DNA of 54,581 nucleotides, taken from the NCBI GenBank assembly GCA_043776915.1, contig JAYVQT010000034.1, forward strand, positions 1-54,581, given 5' to 3'. Numbering within the stretch: the stretch's first letter is position 1; each line of letters begins with the position of its first letter. The notes below the pieces were generated by a model, which did no database searches, had not been told where the DNA came from, and worked only from the letters and a program-made list of their open reading frames with translations. Positions 34,310 to 43,195 of the stretch are shown here, piece after piece. This stretch comes from Minisyncoccota bacterium. GTDB lineage: Bacteria > Patescibacteriota > Minisyncoccia > Phycocordibacterales > UBA9973. The translations under genes were made by a program, and so were the position numbers.

Positions 34310-35746
34310 ATGTCTAAAGAGTACCATACTACTATCGGTCTTGAAATTCATGCAGAGCTCAATACGAACTCTAAAATGTTTTGTGGGTGCATCAATAACC
34401 CTGATGAAGAAAAACCGAACGCTAATATCTGTCCCGTATGCATGGCTCACCCAGGGACTCTTCCTGTTATTAATAAAAAAGCGGTGGAGAATGTTATAAA
34501 AGTTGGTCTTGCTGTTGAGGCAGATATTGCTGATTTTACCGAGTTTGATCGTAAGAATTATTTCTATCCAGATATTCCGAAAGCCTACCAGATATCACAA
34601 TACAAATATCCAATTGTTTCTGGTGGAAAGCTCAATGGTGTTGCTATCACTCGAATTCATTTAGAAGAAGATACGGCCAATAATAAACATGAAAAAAGTA
34701 GCCTGTCTACCGGGCAGGCAGGCTACTCACTCGTCGACTTTAATCGCGCTGGTGTCCCACTTATGGAGCTCGTGACAGAGCCGGTTATTCACAGCCCAAG
34801 GCAAGCAGGTGATTTTGGTCGTGCACTACAGCTTCTATTACGCTATCTTGGAGTATCGGAAGCAAATATGGAGAAAGGCCAGATGCGTGTCGAGCTTAAT
34901 ATTTCTATTTCTGATAACCCTACTAAACTTGGAACAAAATGCGAAGTTAAAAATATAAACTCTTTTCGCTCAGTTGAACGTGCAGCAGAATATGAGATAA
35001 AGCGTATGAGCGACCTTCTCGATGCCGGACGTGGTAGTGAAATAGTACAGGAGACTCGCGGCTGGGATGAAAACAAGCAATCAACATTTTCCCAACGCTC
35101 AAAAGAAAATGCTAATGATTATCGCTATTTCCCAGATCCTGATTTACCAAAGCTCTATTTGAGTAAAGCCTTCGATATTGAAAAGTTGCGAAGTGAGCTC
35201 CCTGAGCTCCCTGTAGCAAAACGTGCACGATATGAAAAGGAATATATGCTCAAGGTTGATGATATAGAAACATTTATAGCAGATATAAACCTTGGTACAT
35301 ATTTTGAAGAAATTGCAAAAATTTTAGCTGATACAAACAAAATTAAAATAGCTGCAAACTACATTACTTCAGATTATCTGGGCTTAAGAAAAACAAATTC
35401 GGAAGTCCGACTTCCGAATATCAAGAACTTCGCAGAGCTCATAAGTATGGTAACCGAGGGGCAGATTTCTTCTCGTGCTGCAAAAGATATCTTGGCCCTG
35501 ATTGTCCTTGCCGATGAGTCGCCTTTAAAAATCGCACATGAAAAAGATTTAATTCAGAAGAATGACGAAGGTGTACTAAAAGAAATAGTACAGAAAGTTA
35601 TCGATTCCAATCCGGCTGTAGTCGCGACCTACAAAGGTGGCAAAGAAAATGCCCTCATGTCTCTCATTGGTCAAATTATGAAAGAAACGAAAGGCTCTGC
35701 GAATCCAGCCTTAGTGCAGAAAATCTTAAAAGAATTGCTTGCATAA
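34310..35746 (+). CDS. gatB: Asp/Glu-tRNA(Asn/Gln) amidotransferase subunit B
   Basis: The N-terminus IGLEIHAELNT.SKMFCGC...ANICPVCMAHPGTLPV and the motifs DRKNYFYPDIPKAYQISQ and RIHLEEDTA are GatB signatures. 478 aa with a YqeY-like tail. Confidence 0.93.
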   Translation: MSKEYHTTIGLEIHAELNTNSKMFCGCINNPDEEKPNANICPVCMAHPGTLPVINKKAVENVIKVGLAVEADIADFTEFDRKNYFYPDIPKAYQISQYKYPIVSGGKLNGVAITRIHLEEDTANNKHEKSSLSTGQAGYSLVDFNRAGVPLMELVTEPVIHSPRQAGDFGRALQLLLRYLGVSEANMEKGQMRVELNISISDNPTKLGTKCEVKNINSFRSVERAAEYEIKRMSDLLDAGRGSEIVQETRGWDENKQSTFSQRSKENANDYRYFPDPDLPKLYLSKAFDIEKLRSELPELPVAKRARYEKEYMLKVDDIETFIADINLGTYFEEIAKILADTNKIKIAANYITSDYLGLRKTNSEVRLPNIKNFAELISMVTEGQISSRAAKDILALIVLADESPLKIAHEKDLIQKNDEGVLKEIVQKVIDSNPAVVATYKGGKENALMSLIGQIMKETKGSANPALVQKILKELLA

Positions 35747-35830
35747 CAATAATTAGACAATGTCACGGTTTTCGTATACAGAGGAATAATGATATAATTA
35801 AAACATATTAGATTTATAAATATTTTACGT

Positions 35831-36859
35831 ATGGATACAAAGACACGAGTGGCGATTAATGGGTTTGGAAGAATTGGTAGAGCATTTTTGAAAATTGCTT
35901 GGGATAGACCTGAGATCGAGATAGTAGCTGTGAATGATCTCGGTTCTATTGATAACTTAGCATACCTCCTTCGTCATGACACGGTGTATCGAAACTGGAA
36001 TCATGATGTCAACGTTGTGGGTACTGATTTGGTTATTGATGGTAAGACAGTGAAGTTCGTCTCAGAGAAAGATACAACCAAGCTTCCTTGGAAAGATTTA
36101 AATGTTGATGTGGTTGTGGAGTCTACTGGCCTCTTTACTGCCTACGATAAAGCCAAGTTCCACATTGACTGCGGTGCCAAGAAAGTTGTAATATCCGCTC
36201 CATCAAAAGGTGGCGATGGGACAGTTGCAGGCGAGACTATTCTCCTCGGAGTCAATGAAGATAAGTTCGGTACTTGCGATATTACATCCAATGCATCATG
36301 TACGACGAATGCCGCATCTCCACTTATTGCTATCATGCACGAAACTTTAGGTATCGATAAAGCTATTTTAAATACTGTGCACGGCTATACCGCAAGCCAG
36401 TCACTTGTCGACGGCCCTAGTAAGAAAGATATGCGTGAAGGCCGAGCTGCTGCTCAGAATATTGTCCCGAGCTCAACCGGTGCGGCTATTGCAGTGACTG
36501 AAGCCTTTCCAGACTTAAAAGGACTCTTTGATGGTATTTCTATTCGCGTACCTGTTCCGGCTGGATCAATAGTTGATGTAACATTTATTTCTAAAAAAGA
36601 AACAACTGCTGAAGAAGTAAACACTATTCTCAAAAATGCCGCTATGGATCCTCGCTGGAGTAACATATTTGCTGTGACGGAAGAGCCACTGGTATCAAGT
36701 GATATTCTTTGTAACTCTCATGCGTCCATCGCCGATCTTGCAATGACTCGCGTCGTCGGAGGAAATTTGGTAAAAGTCATGGGCTGGTACGACAACGAAA
36801 TGGGGTATACGTATACGCTGGTGGATCATGTGATTAAGACAGGACAAACTATTAAGTAA
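35831..36859 (+). CDS. gap: Glyceraldehyde-3-phosphate dehydrogenase
   Basis: INGFGRIGR, the active site SNASCTTNA, and WYDNEMGY. Confidence 0.95.
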   Translation: MDTKTRVAINGFGRIGRAFLKIAWDRPEIEIVAVNDLGSIDNLAYLLRHDTVYRNWNHDVNVVGTDLVIDGKTVKFVSEKDTTKLPWKDLNVDVVVESTGLFTAYDKAKFHIDCGAKKVVISAPSKGGDGTVAGETILLGVNEDKFGTCDITSNASCTTNAASPLIAIMHETLGIDKAILNTVHGYTASQSLVDGPSKKDMREGRAAAQNIVPSSTGAAIAVTEAFPDLKGLFDGISIRVPVPAGSIVDVTFISKKETTAEEVNTILKNAAMDPRWSNIFAVTEEPLVSSDILCNSHASIADLAMTRVVGGNLVKVMGWYDNEMGYTYTLVDHVIKTGQTIK

Positions 36860-36873
36860 TAATATTTACTAAA

Positions 36874-36905
36874 ATACCCCTTTAAATACTTAAAGGGGTA
36901 TTTTT
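36874..36905 (+). terminator. Intrinsic terminator after gap
   Basis: 12-bp stem atacccctttaa/ttaaaggggtat, 4-nt loop, followed by a T-run. Confidence 0.75.
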
Positions 36906-36970
36906 ATTGACTAAATAAAGTTTATATGTTATTATATAGAAAATCTAAAACACTAAATTAACAATAAAAT

Positions 36971-37657
36971 ATGGAAAAGATAAAACTAACCGCTGAGCAA
37001 GAAATGCTCTATCTCAGATCAATGAGCATTTTTCTTCATGAAATGCGTACTAGCATTAATGGAAATATAGTGAATAGTGTAAATATCTTGAAGCAGAGAA
37101 CAAAGGATGATAAATGCTTAAATGCACTTTCATCTGCTGTGAATAGATTATTTGCTTTATGCGACTTAATTCCTATCCTTGAAAAAATAATGCTAGGTAC
37201 TCAAATTGAGAGTATACAAAACTCTCTTCTTAGAACAAGGTTTTTTAACAAAGATGTTTTCTCCTATTCTGTTATAGAAATTCTTAAACAGGTAGCAAGT
37301 GAGTATAGTTCGCCAACGAATATACTTTGCGAAGGCAATCACAATGAAAAACTTTTATCAAAAGAAGGGTTGAATGGTACTCAAAATTTGTATGAAGTAG
37401 TTTTTTCTCACATGATTAACGTCTTAAGAGAAACGTCTCGTAAGGCTCACTATGATGGAGCAATTGATATTACGGTTAATTTAAAGGGAAAGTCCCTACA
37501 ATTAAGTGCAGCTAAACTCAGAGAAGGAAAAGGGGAAGAATTTTCAATTCAAAATCCTTTTTATCTGTTTCAGTTAATTTTCAAATACACTCAACTCGGA
37601 GAACTTAATTTTAGAGAACAAGGTGATTTGAACATTGTAGAACTTATCTGTTATTGA
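36971..37657 (+). CDS. Degenerate histidine-kinase-like protein (H-box-like and N-box-like motifs, no G1/G2 ATP-lid boxes)
   Basis: MSIFLHEMRTSINGNI resembles an H-box (SHELRTPL), and HMINVLRETSRKA resembles an N-box. No DxGxG or GxGxG motifs are seen and there is no TM segment. 228 aa. Confidence 0.4.
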   Translation: MEKIKLTAEQEMLYLRSMSIFLHEMRTSINGNIVNSVNILKQRTKDDKCLNALSSAVNRLFALCDLIPILEKIMLGTQIESIQNSLLRTRFFNKDVFSYSVIEILKQVASEYSSPTNILCEGNHNEKLLSKEGLNGTQNLYEVVFSHMINVLRETSRKAHYDGAIDITVNLKGKSLQLSAAKLREGKGEEFSIQNPFYLFQLIFKYTQLGELNFREQGDLNIVELICY

Positions 37658-37692
37658 AAGTGATTTAATTCTATCTCACAAAGCAAAATCTG

Positions 37693-37722
37693 AACGGCAT
37701 CCTGTATGGATGCCGTTTTTTT
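37693..37722 (+). terminator. Intrinsic terminator
   Basis: 10-bp stem aacggcatcc/ggatgccgtt followed by T7. Confidence 0.75.
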
Positions 37723-37759
37723 ATCTGCTATTACCTGGTATACTCTTAATATCAGACCT

Positions 37760-37794
37760 GACAGGCATCCTAAATGGGTGCCTGTCTTTAATTT
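37760..37794 (+). terminator. Second, sequence-related hairpin 40 nt downstream (terminator-like)
   Basis: gacaggcatcc-taaat-gggtgcctgtc (11 bp, one G.U pair), followed by tttaatttt. The stem sequence resembles the hairpin at 37693. Confidence 0.4.
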
Positions 37795-37802
37795 TGCCCT
37801 CG

Positions 37803-37960
37803 TTGCTATATAAAATGCTTCTTGGTATGCTCGAAATAGGACTTTGATAACTGAATATCGACCTTACAGCCCACCTGCTCAGTTTCTGAAAAATATCGGA
37901 ATTTGAGCAGGCGAGCGGGCGGGGGACTTTTCGCAGAAATTTTTGTATGAATATGAAATG
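37803..37960 (+). repeat. Intergenic element, copy A (upstream of fic)
   Basis: Block 1 (37803-37840, ttgctatataaaatgcttcttggta...tagg) is 28/38 identical to 38577-38614. Block 2 (gagcgggcgggggacttttc.. at 37912-) matches gagcggcgggacttttc at 38616-. Copy A has an extra insert of about 70 nt (37841-37910) containing an 8-bp hairpin cctgctca/tgagcagg. Confidence 0.7.
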
Positions 37961-37978
37961 GAAAAGTATCTCTAAAAA

Positions 37979-37987
37979 TGGTATAAT
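37979..37987 (+). promoter_or_regulatory. Extended -10 (TGgTATAAT) 6 nt upstream of the fic ATG
   Basis: tggtataat at 37979-37987; ATG at 37994. Confidence 0.55.
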
Positions 37988-37993
37988 GAACAT

Positions 37994-38542
37994 ATGCAAA
38001 ATGTTGATGAAATTAGTAAAGAGCGAGCTAAAAACCTTTTTGGAAGTACAGAAATCGAGAGTTTTGAAGTAGGTACGATACAAGGTTTACAACAAATCCA
38101 TAAATATTTATTTGCTGAATTGTATGATTTTGCTGGTAAAATTCGTGAGAAAAATATTAGCAAAGATGATTTTAAATTTGCGAATAGTTTGTTCTTATCT
38201 GATATTTTGGCAAAGATAGATAAAATGACAGAAGATACGTATGAACACATTATTGAAAAGTATGCCGAAATGAATATTGCGCATCCGTTTATGGAAGGCA
38301 ATGGCCGTTCTACACGGATATGGCTTGATTTGATTCTCAAGAAAAATTTAGGCAAATGTATAGACTGGCAAAAGATCGACAAGAGTGATTATTTGAGCGC
38401 CATGATACGTAGTCATGTAAAAGATCTTGAAATTCGTGAACTTTTACGTACTGCTTTAACTGATAAGATTGATGACCGTGAAGTTTTCATGAAGGGTGTG
38501 GAGCAGTCATACTATTATGAAGAAGTAGATTTTTACAAATAA
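37994..38542 (+). CDS. fic: Class III Fic-domain protein (AMP-transferase type, NmFic-like)
   Basis: Fic motif [14 protein letters not shown]. The whole sequence resembles the single-domain Neisseria-type Fic as remembered (EVGT..GLQQIH.YLF..LYDFAG.IRE.NISK..F.FAN; [14 protein letters not shown]; WLDL.LKKNL). The C-terminal inhibitory-helix motif reads SYYYEE. Confidence 0.88.
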   Translation: MQNVDEISKERAKNLFGSTEIESFEVGTIQGLQQIHKYLFAELYDFAGKIREKNISKDDFKFANSLFLSDILAKIDKMTEDTYEHIIEKYAEMNIAHPFMEGNGRSTRIWLDLILKKNLGKCIDWQKIDKSDYLSAMIRSHVKDLEIRELLRTALTDKIDDREVFMKGVEQSYYYEEVDFYK

Positions 38543-38576
38543 AATAGATACTTACCTACTTTAAATTTTTTCTTCC

Positions 38577-38660
38577 TTGCTATATAAAAACCTTCTTGGT
38601 ACGATGTGGTTAGGTGAGCGGCGGGACTTTTCTTAGAGACTTTATATGATAAAAATGACA
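38577..38660 (+). repeat. Intergenic element, copy B (downstream of fic, upstream of rpiB)
   Basis: See copy A. Blocks 1 and 2 are contiguous here. Confidence 0.7.
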
Positions 38661-38704
38661 TGGTACGACATAAACTTTTAATAATATAGAATATTAAAAT
38701 TTAA

Positions 38705-38713
38705 TGATATAAT
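38705..38713 (+). promoter_or_regulatory. Extended -10 (TGaTATAAT) 6 nt upstream of the rpiB ATG
   Basis: tgatataat at 38705-38713; ATG at 38720. Confidence 0.55.
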
Positions 38714-38719
38714 ATCCTT

Positions 38720-39202
38720 ATGAAAGTATATATTGGATCTGATCATGCAGGATATGAATTGAAAGAAGAATTACGAGCCTATGTAAGTAGCCTGGGCTAT
38801 GATCTTGAAGATAAGGGTGCATTTGAATTTAATCCAAACGATGACTATCCTGATTTCATCAAGCCTGTTGCGGTAGCTGTTGTAAACGATAAAGAAAGTC
38901 GAGGTATCGTACTTGGTGGCTCAGGGCAAGGTGAAGCGATATGTGCAAACAAAGTCCAAGGGATTCGCTGTGTAGTATTTTACGGAGGAGTCATAGCAAA
39001 GATTCCAGTAGATGTAAATGGAACACAATCACATGATCTTTTTGAAATTGTTACTCTTGCTCGTCAGCATAATAATGTAAACATACTTTCTCTTGGTGCA
39101 CGATTTCTAACATTTGTAGAAGCCAAGCAAGCCGTTAAGCTATTCCTCCAAACAGAATTCTCAGGTGACGAGCGACATATTAGACGTTTAAATAATCTAT
39201 AG
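38720..39202 (+). CDS. rpiB: Ribose-5-phosphate isomerase B
   Basis: MKVYIGSDHAGYELKEEL... and GIVLGGSGQGEAICANK are RpiB/LacAB signatures. 160 aa. Confidence 0.88.
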   Translation: MKVYIGSDHAGYELKEELRAYVSSLGYDLEDKGAFEFNPNDDYPDFIKPVAVAVVNDKESRGIVLGGSGQGEAICANKVQGIRCVVFYGGVIAKIPVDVNGTQSHDLFEIVTLARQHNNVNILSLGARFLTFVEAKQAVKLFLQTEFSGDERHIRRLNNL

Positions 39203-39209
39203 TATATAC

Positions 39210-39899
39210 ATGGCCGAAGTAATACCAGCAGTACTTGTAGAAAACTTTGAAGAATTACGCGAACACTTGGCGCAAGTGGTGAGCTTGGTGTCTGTGGTGC
39301 AGATTGATGTCTGCGATGGCGTATTTGTCTCGACGATTACATGGCCCATGCATAGAGATGATGAAGACAGTATTCAATCTATCTTAAACGAAGAAGCGGG
39401 TTTACCATATTGGGACTCACTTGACTTCGAGTTTGATCTGATGGTTCAAAATGCGCATGAGCAGTTTGAATTCTTCTGCCGACTCGGTGCAAAGCGGATA
39501 ATTTTCCATATTGAAGCTGAGACTAACCAAGAAAAATTTAAAGAATTTATGGAGGGTTTAGATATGTACACACGTGAGAATATACAAATAGGAATTGCGA
39601 TTAATACAACAACACCAATCGAGAATCTGAAAAAATTTATTTCCAATATCGATTTTGTTCAGTGCATGGGCATTGAAACAATCGGCCAGCAAGGTGAACC
39701 ATTTGATCCACGTGTACTTGAGCAGATAACATCATTGCGCACTTTATACCCAGAGCTTATAATAAGCGTAGACGGAAGCGTTAATGAGGTAACCGCGCCA
39801 CTCTTAGTAAAAGCTGGAGCCAATCGCTTAGTGGTCGGATCGCTCCTGATGCATAGTTATGATGTCCGAGAAACAATTAGAGAACTTGAGAGTCTTTAA
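39210..39899 (+). CDS. rpe: Ribulose-phosphate 3-epimerase-like TIM-barrel protein
   Basis: Motifs QIDVCDGVFV, FHIEAE, SVDGSVN and VVGSLL parallel Rpe motifs (DVMDG.FV, H.E, DGG.., GSa). Pentose-phosphate gene context. A divergent member of the family. Confidence 0.6.
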   Translation: MAEVIPAVLVENFEELREHLAQVVSLVSVVQIDVCDGVFVSTITWPMHRDDEDSIQSILNEEAGLPYWDSLDFEFDLMVQNAHEQFEFFCRLGAKRIIFHIEAETNQEKFKEFMEGLDMYTRENIQIGIAINTTTPIENLKKFISNIDFVQCMGIETIGQQGEPFDPRVLEQITSLRTLYPELIISVDGSVNEVTAPLLVKAGANRLVVGSLLMHSYDVRETIRELESL

Positions 39900-39908
39900 A
39901 TAAAATAC

Positions 39909-40778
39909 ATGGAAGATATTACAAATACTAAAATTGAAGAATTAGAATTAAAAGCAAATGATATTCGTCAGAGTATTATTACAATGCTTCTCGAAGCCAA
40001 ATCTGGCCACACTGCCGGACCTCTTGGTATGGCTGATATTTTTACCTTACTTTATTTTCATGCCATGAAGCATGACCCAGAAAGACCCGACTGGAAAGAT
40101 CGTGATCGACTTGTACTTTCCAATGGTCATATTGCTCCTGTTCTCTACGCTGCAATGGCTCATGCTGGGTATATGCCGATTAAAGAACTTCAAACACTTC
40201 GCCAGTTTGGCTCACGTCTCCAAGGTCATCCACATCGCGAATTTATGCCATGGCTTGAAAATTCATCCGGACCACTAGGTTCTGGTCTTTCACAAGCTGT
40301 TGGTATGGCACTCGCTGATCGCATTGATAATGGTAATGGCACCGACAAAACTATTTACGCCATGCTCTCCGATGGCGAACATGATGAAGGTAATACATGG
40401 GAAGCAGTCTTACTGGCTGGCAAAGAAAAGCTACGGAATTTGATCGCGATTATAGATCGTAATAATATTCAGATAGATGGATATACCGAGGACATTATGC
40501 CTATGGGTGATATGGCGAGTAAATACCGCGAATTTGGCTGGCATGTTCAAGAAATAGATGGACATAGCTTCCGTGATATAAATGATGCTATCTGCAAAGC
40601 CAAAGCGGTATATGAGAAACCATCAGTCATCGTGGCGCGCACTGTTCCTGGCCGTGGAGTCAAAGAATTTGAACGCGATTATCGCTGGCATGGTAAAGCT
40701 CCAAATAAGGAAGAGGCGAATATGGCTCTCAAAGAACTTCGAACTCTCGGTGGTAAAATTAAAAGCGAACACGAATAA
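39909..40778 (+). CDS. Transketolase, N-terminal (TPP-binding) subunit
   Basis: GHTAGPLGMADI, LSNGHIAPVLYA, and GSGLSQAVGMA...LSDGEHDEGNTWEA. 289 aa, the split-tkt arrangement. Confidence 0.9.
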   Translation: MEDITNTKIEELELKANDIRQSIITMLLEAKSGHTAGPLGMADIFTLLYFHAMKHDPERPDWKDRDRLVLSNGHIAPVLYAAMAHAGYMPIKELQTLRQFGSRLQGHPHREFMPWLENSSGPLGSGLSQAVGMALADRIDNGNGTDKTIYAMLSDGEHDEGNTWEAVLLAGKEKLRNLIAIIDRNNIQIDGYTEDIMPMGDMASKYREFGWHVQEIDGHSFRDINDAICKAKAVYEKPSVIVARTVPGRGVKEFERDYRWHGKAPNKEEANMALKELRTLGGKIKSEHE

Positions 40779-40779
40779 T

Positions 40780-41781
40780 ATGCTAAACCAATCTTTAAAA
40801 CTTAATACCAAGTTATTCAATGACGATGTCGAGCAGATTCCAATCCGCCAAGGATTTGGCGAAGGATTACTACAAGCTGGAATTGATAATGAAAATATTG
40901 TTGCTCTCTGCGCTGATCTTACTGAATCTACTAAAATGAATTTATTTTCAGAGAAATTTCCCCAAAGATTTATCGAGATTGGTGTGGCAGAGCAGAATTT
41001 GGCTACTGTGGCAAGTGGTATGGCTGCCATGGGCAAGATTCCATTTATATCTTCGTATGCCATGTTTAGTCCTGGCCGTAACTGGGAACAGATTAGGACA
41101 ACTATTTGTTACAATGATCGCCCTGTGAAGATCGCTGGCTCTCACGCAGGTATTTCCGTTGGCCCTGATGGTGGTACACATCAAGCGATCGAGGATATTG
41201 CTATTACTCGTGTTATACCAAACATGGTCGTTATTTCTCCGTGTGATAGCATAGAAGCAAAGAAAGCAACGCTTGCATGTGCCAAAACAAAAGAGCCAAC
41301 ATATCTTCGTCTTGCTCGAGAGAAAACACCAATCATAACAACAGACGATACACCATTTGAAATAGGTAAAGCGCAGATTGTCTTTGTTCCAGAGAAAGGT
41401 TTAGCTGAAGTGGGAATTATCGCCACCGGCGCACTTCTCTATAAAGCGCTCATTGTAGCACGAGATTTGGAAAAAGATGGAATAAAAGTAAAAGTTATGA
41501 ATCTAGCAACCATTAAACCTCTTGATGGAGAAGCCATAGTGGCACTCGCTAAAGAAGCCCGATGTATTGTGACAGTTGAAGAGCATCAGATTGCTTGTGG
41601 TATGGGTTCGGCTGTGGCAGAGTATTTAAGTCGATATTATCCAACTCCAATAGAATTTGTCGGTGTTGAAGATGTATTTGGTCAGTCAGGCACACCAGAA
41701 GAACTCATTGAGCACTATGGTATGGGAGTTACGAACATTAAAAAAGCTGTAGAGAAAGTGATAAAGAGGAGAGTGAAATAG
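40780..41781 (+). CDS. Transketolase, C-terminal (pyrimidine-binding) subunit
   Basis: RQGFGEGL..., FIEIGVAEQNLATVASGMA and GSHAGISVGPDGGTHQAIEDIA. The start is set to the ATG at 40780, 1 nt after the upstream stop. The track's 40582 start overlaps the N-subunit gene out of frame. Confidence 0.9.
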   Translation: MLNQSLKLNTKLFNDDVEQIPIRQGFGEGLLQAGIDNENIVALCADLTESTKMNLFSEKFPQRFIEIGVAEQNLATVASGMAAMGKIPFISSYAMFSPGRNWEQIRTTICYNDRPVKIAGSHAGISVGPDGGTHQAIEDIAITRVIPNMVVISPCDSIEAKKATLACAKTKEPTYLRLAREKTPIITTDDTPFEIGKAQIVFVPEKGLAEVGIIATGALLYKALIVARDLEKDGIKVKVMNLATIKPLDGEAIVALAKEARCIVTVEEHQIACGMGSAVAEYLSRYYPTPIEFVGVEDVFGQSGTPEELIEHYGMGVTNIKKAVEKVIKRRVK

Positions 41782-41823
41782 TCGATTATAATAATTTAAT
41801 GTAATAAAAATCTTACATATATG

Positions 41824-42141
41824 TTAAGATAATTTTCTTAGTTCAGTATGTATATTTTCTATCTCTTGTCTTTCCTTCTTAAGGAGGACTTCAATGGGAT
41901 CTGTTCCGAGCGAATGTAGTAATGAATGAACGTGCCTTTGCTCATCATGATTCTCAGTATCAGTTTTATCTATTAATTCAAAATTAAATTGAGATTCTAA
42001 TTTTTTAATATTATTTTTGTGGATACTAATCTGATCTAAAAAGTAATTAATCTTTTTTAGATTTTCTCCTTCACTCAACTTTTGATTATATTCTTCTCGA
42101 GATGAATTAATTGAATCCCATCCTCCTTTGTCACTTGGCAT
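41824..42141 (-). CDS. Hypothetical coiled-coil protein (105 aa)
   Basis: An ORF 2 nt downstream of the pfkB-family gene on the same strand. No motif recognised. Confidence 0.4.
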   Translation of the reverse strand: MPSDKGGWDSINSSREEYNQKLSEGENLKKINYFLDQISIHKNNIKKLESQFNFELIDKTDTENHDEQRHVHSLLHSLGTDPIEVLLKKERQEIENIHTELRKLS

Positions 42142-42143
42142 AA

Positions 42144-43157
42144 TTAATGTATCTTCTTTATCTTATAATCCTCTGGGGCATGTTTTAAATATTCTTCAAT
42201 TTTTTCTTGTGAGAGAAGTCCTTTTTGCGCTCCGACTTGCTGGGTGACAGACATCGCATTGATTGGAGCCCAGGTCAGTGCTTCTTCGAGAGTTTTACCC
42301 ATAGCAAGCGCCGCTGTAATAGTTGATTCAAAAGCATCTCCTGCACCAGTTCTCTCGACTGGAGTATGAGGGTAAATCGGCATAAACCACATATCACCAT
42401 TTTCTTCGCGTGCGTACGCTCCTTTTATTCCATCAGTCATAACTATTATTTTAGGACCGAATGAATGAAGACCGTTCATAAGCTTTTTTGGATCCAACTC
42501 TTTAATACCCAAGATTCGTTGGGCTTCGTCAGTATTACAGTAAAAAATATCGGTATGAGTATAAATCTTTTTGAGTTTTTCTACTCCAAGCTTAATTTGG
42601 AATGTACCTGGTTGAAATGCAAGTTTTGTCTCTGGGTGAGAGGCGAGCCATTCTGCAATTTCATTATGAAAACCTTCAGTGTTTGAGCCAAGTGATGTAA
42701 GATAAATCCATTTTGGTGCAAGCATATTTTTGGGAAAATGACGTTCAAAAGGCGCATGATTAACGAGAATTGTCCGCTCAGGTCCATACCACAGGACATA
42801 GTGATAATTCGTAGGAAGTTTTGGGTCAGTTTCAATATAGTCGAGGCTGACATTATCTTTTACCATTGCTTCTTTTGATTTAACTCCATAGTCATCATTT
42901 CCAACAACACCCGAGAGAGCTGAACTAAGCCCTAATCGTGATGCAGAAACTGCAGCATTAGCAGCATTTCCGACAGCATATAATATTTCGTGAAATTCAT
43001 AGGGCACTTTATCTCCAAACCGAACACAGAGCTTACAATTTTCTTGATCAAGGTCGCAGGTAGCTTCCGCATCAGCTAGTCTAATAAAATCATCAACGAC
43101 TAGATCACCAATTGCTAAGAAATCTATAGCTTTACCTGTACTATTTGTATTTTCCAT
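42144..43157 (-). CDS. PfkB-family carbohydrate kinase (ribokinase/fructokinase-like)
   Basis: GDLVVDDF, GNAANAA and the C-terminal TGAGDAFES motif. The start is set to ATG 43157 (MENTN..), which lies 7 nt downstream of a TGaTATAAT box on the minus strand. Confidence 0.85.
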   Translation of the reverse strand: MENTNSTGKAIDFLAIGDLVVDDFIRLADAEATCDLDQENCKLCVRFGDKVPYEFHEILYAVGNAANAAVSASRLGLSSALSGVVGNDDYGVKSKEAMVKDNVSLDYIETDPKLPTNYHYVLWYGPERTILVNHAPFERHFPKNMLAPKWIYLTSLGSNTEGFHNEIAEWLASHPETKLAFQPGTFQIKLGVEKLKKIYTHTDIFYCNTDEAQRILGIKELDPKKLMNGLHSFGPKIIVMTDGIKGAYAREENGDMWFMPIYPHTPVERTGAGDAFESTITAALAMGKTLEEALTWAPINAMSVTQQVGAQKGLLSQEKIEEYLKHAPEDYKIKKIH

Positions 43158-43164
43158 ATACAAA

Positions 43165-43187
43165 ATTATATCACAGTATGATATAAT
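43165..43187. promoter_or_regulatory. Back-to-back divergent extended -10 boxes (TGATATAAT on both strands)
   Basis: attatatca at 43165-43173 (minus strand: tgatataat, 7 nt from ATG 43157) and tgatataat at 43179-43187 (plus strand, 8 nt from ATG 43196). The whole intergenic space is 38 nt. Confidence 0.6.
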
Positions 43188-43195
43188 CAAACAAT

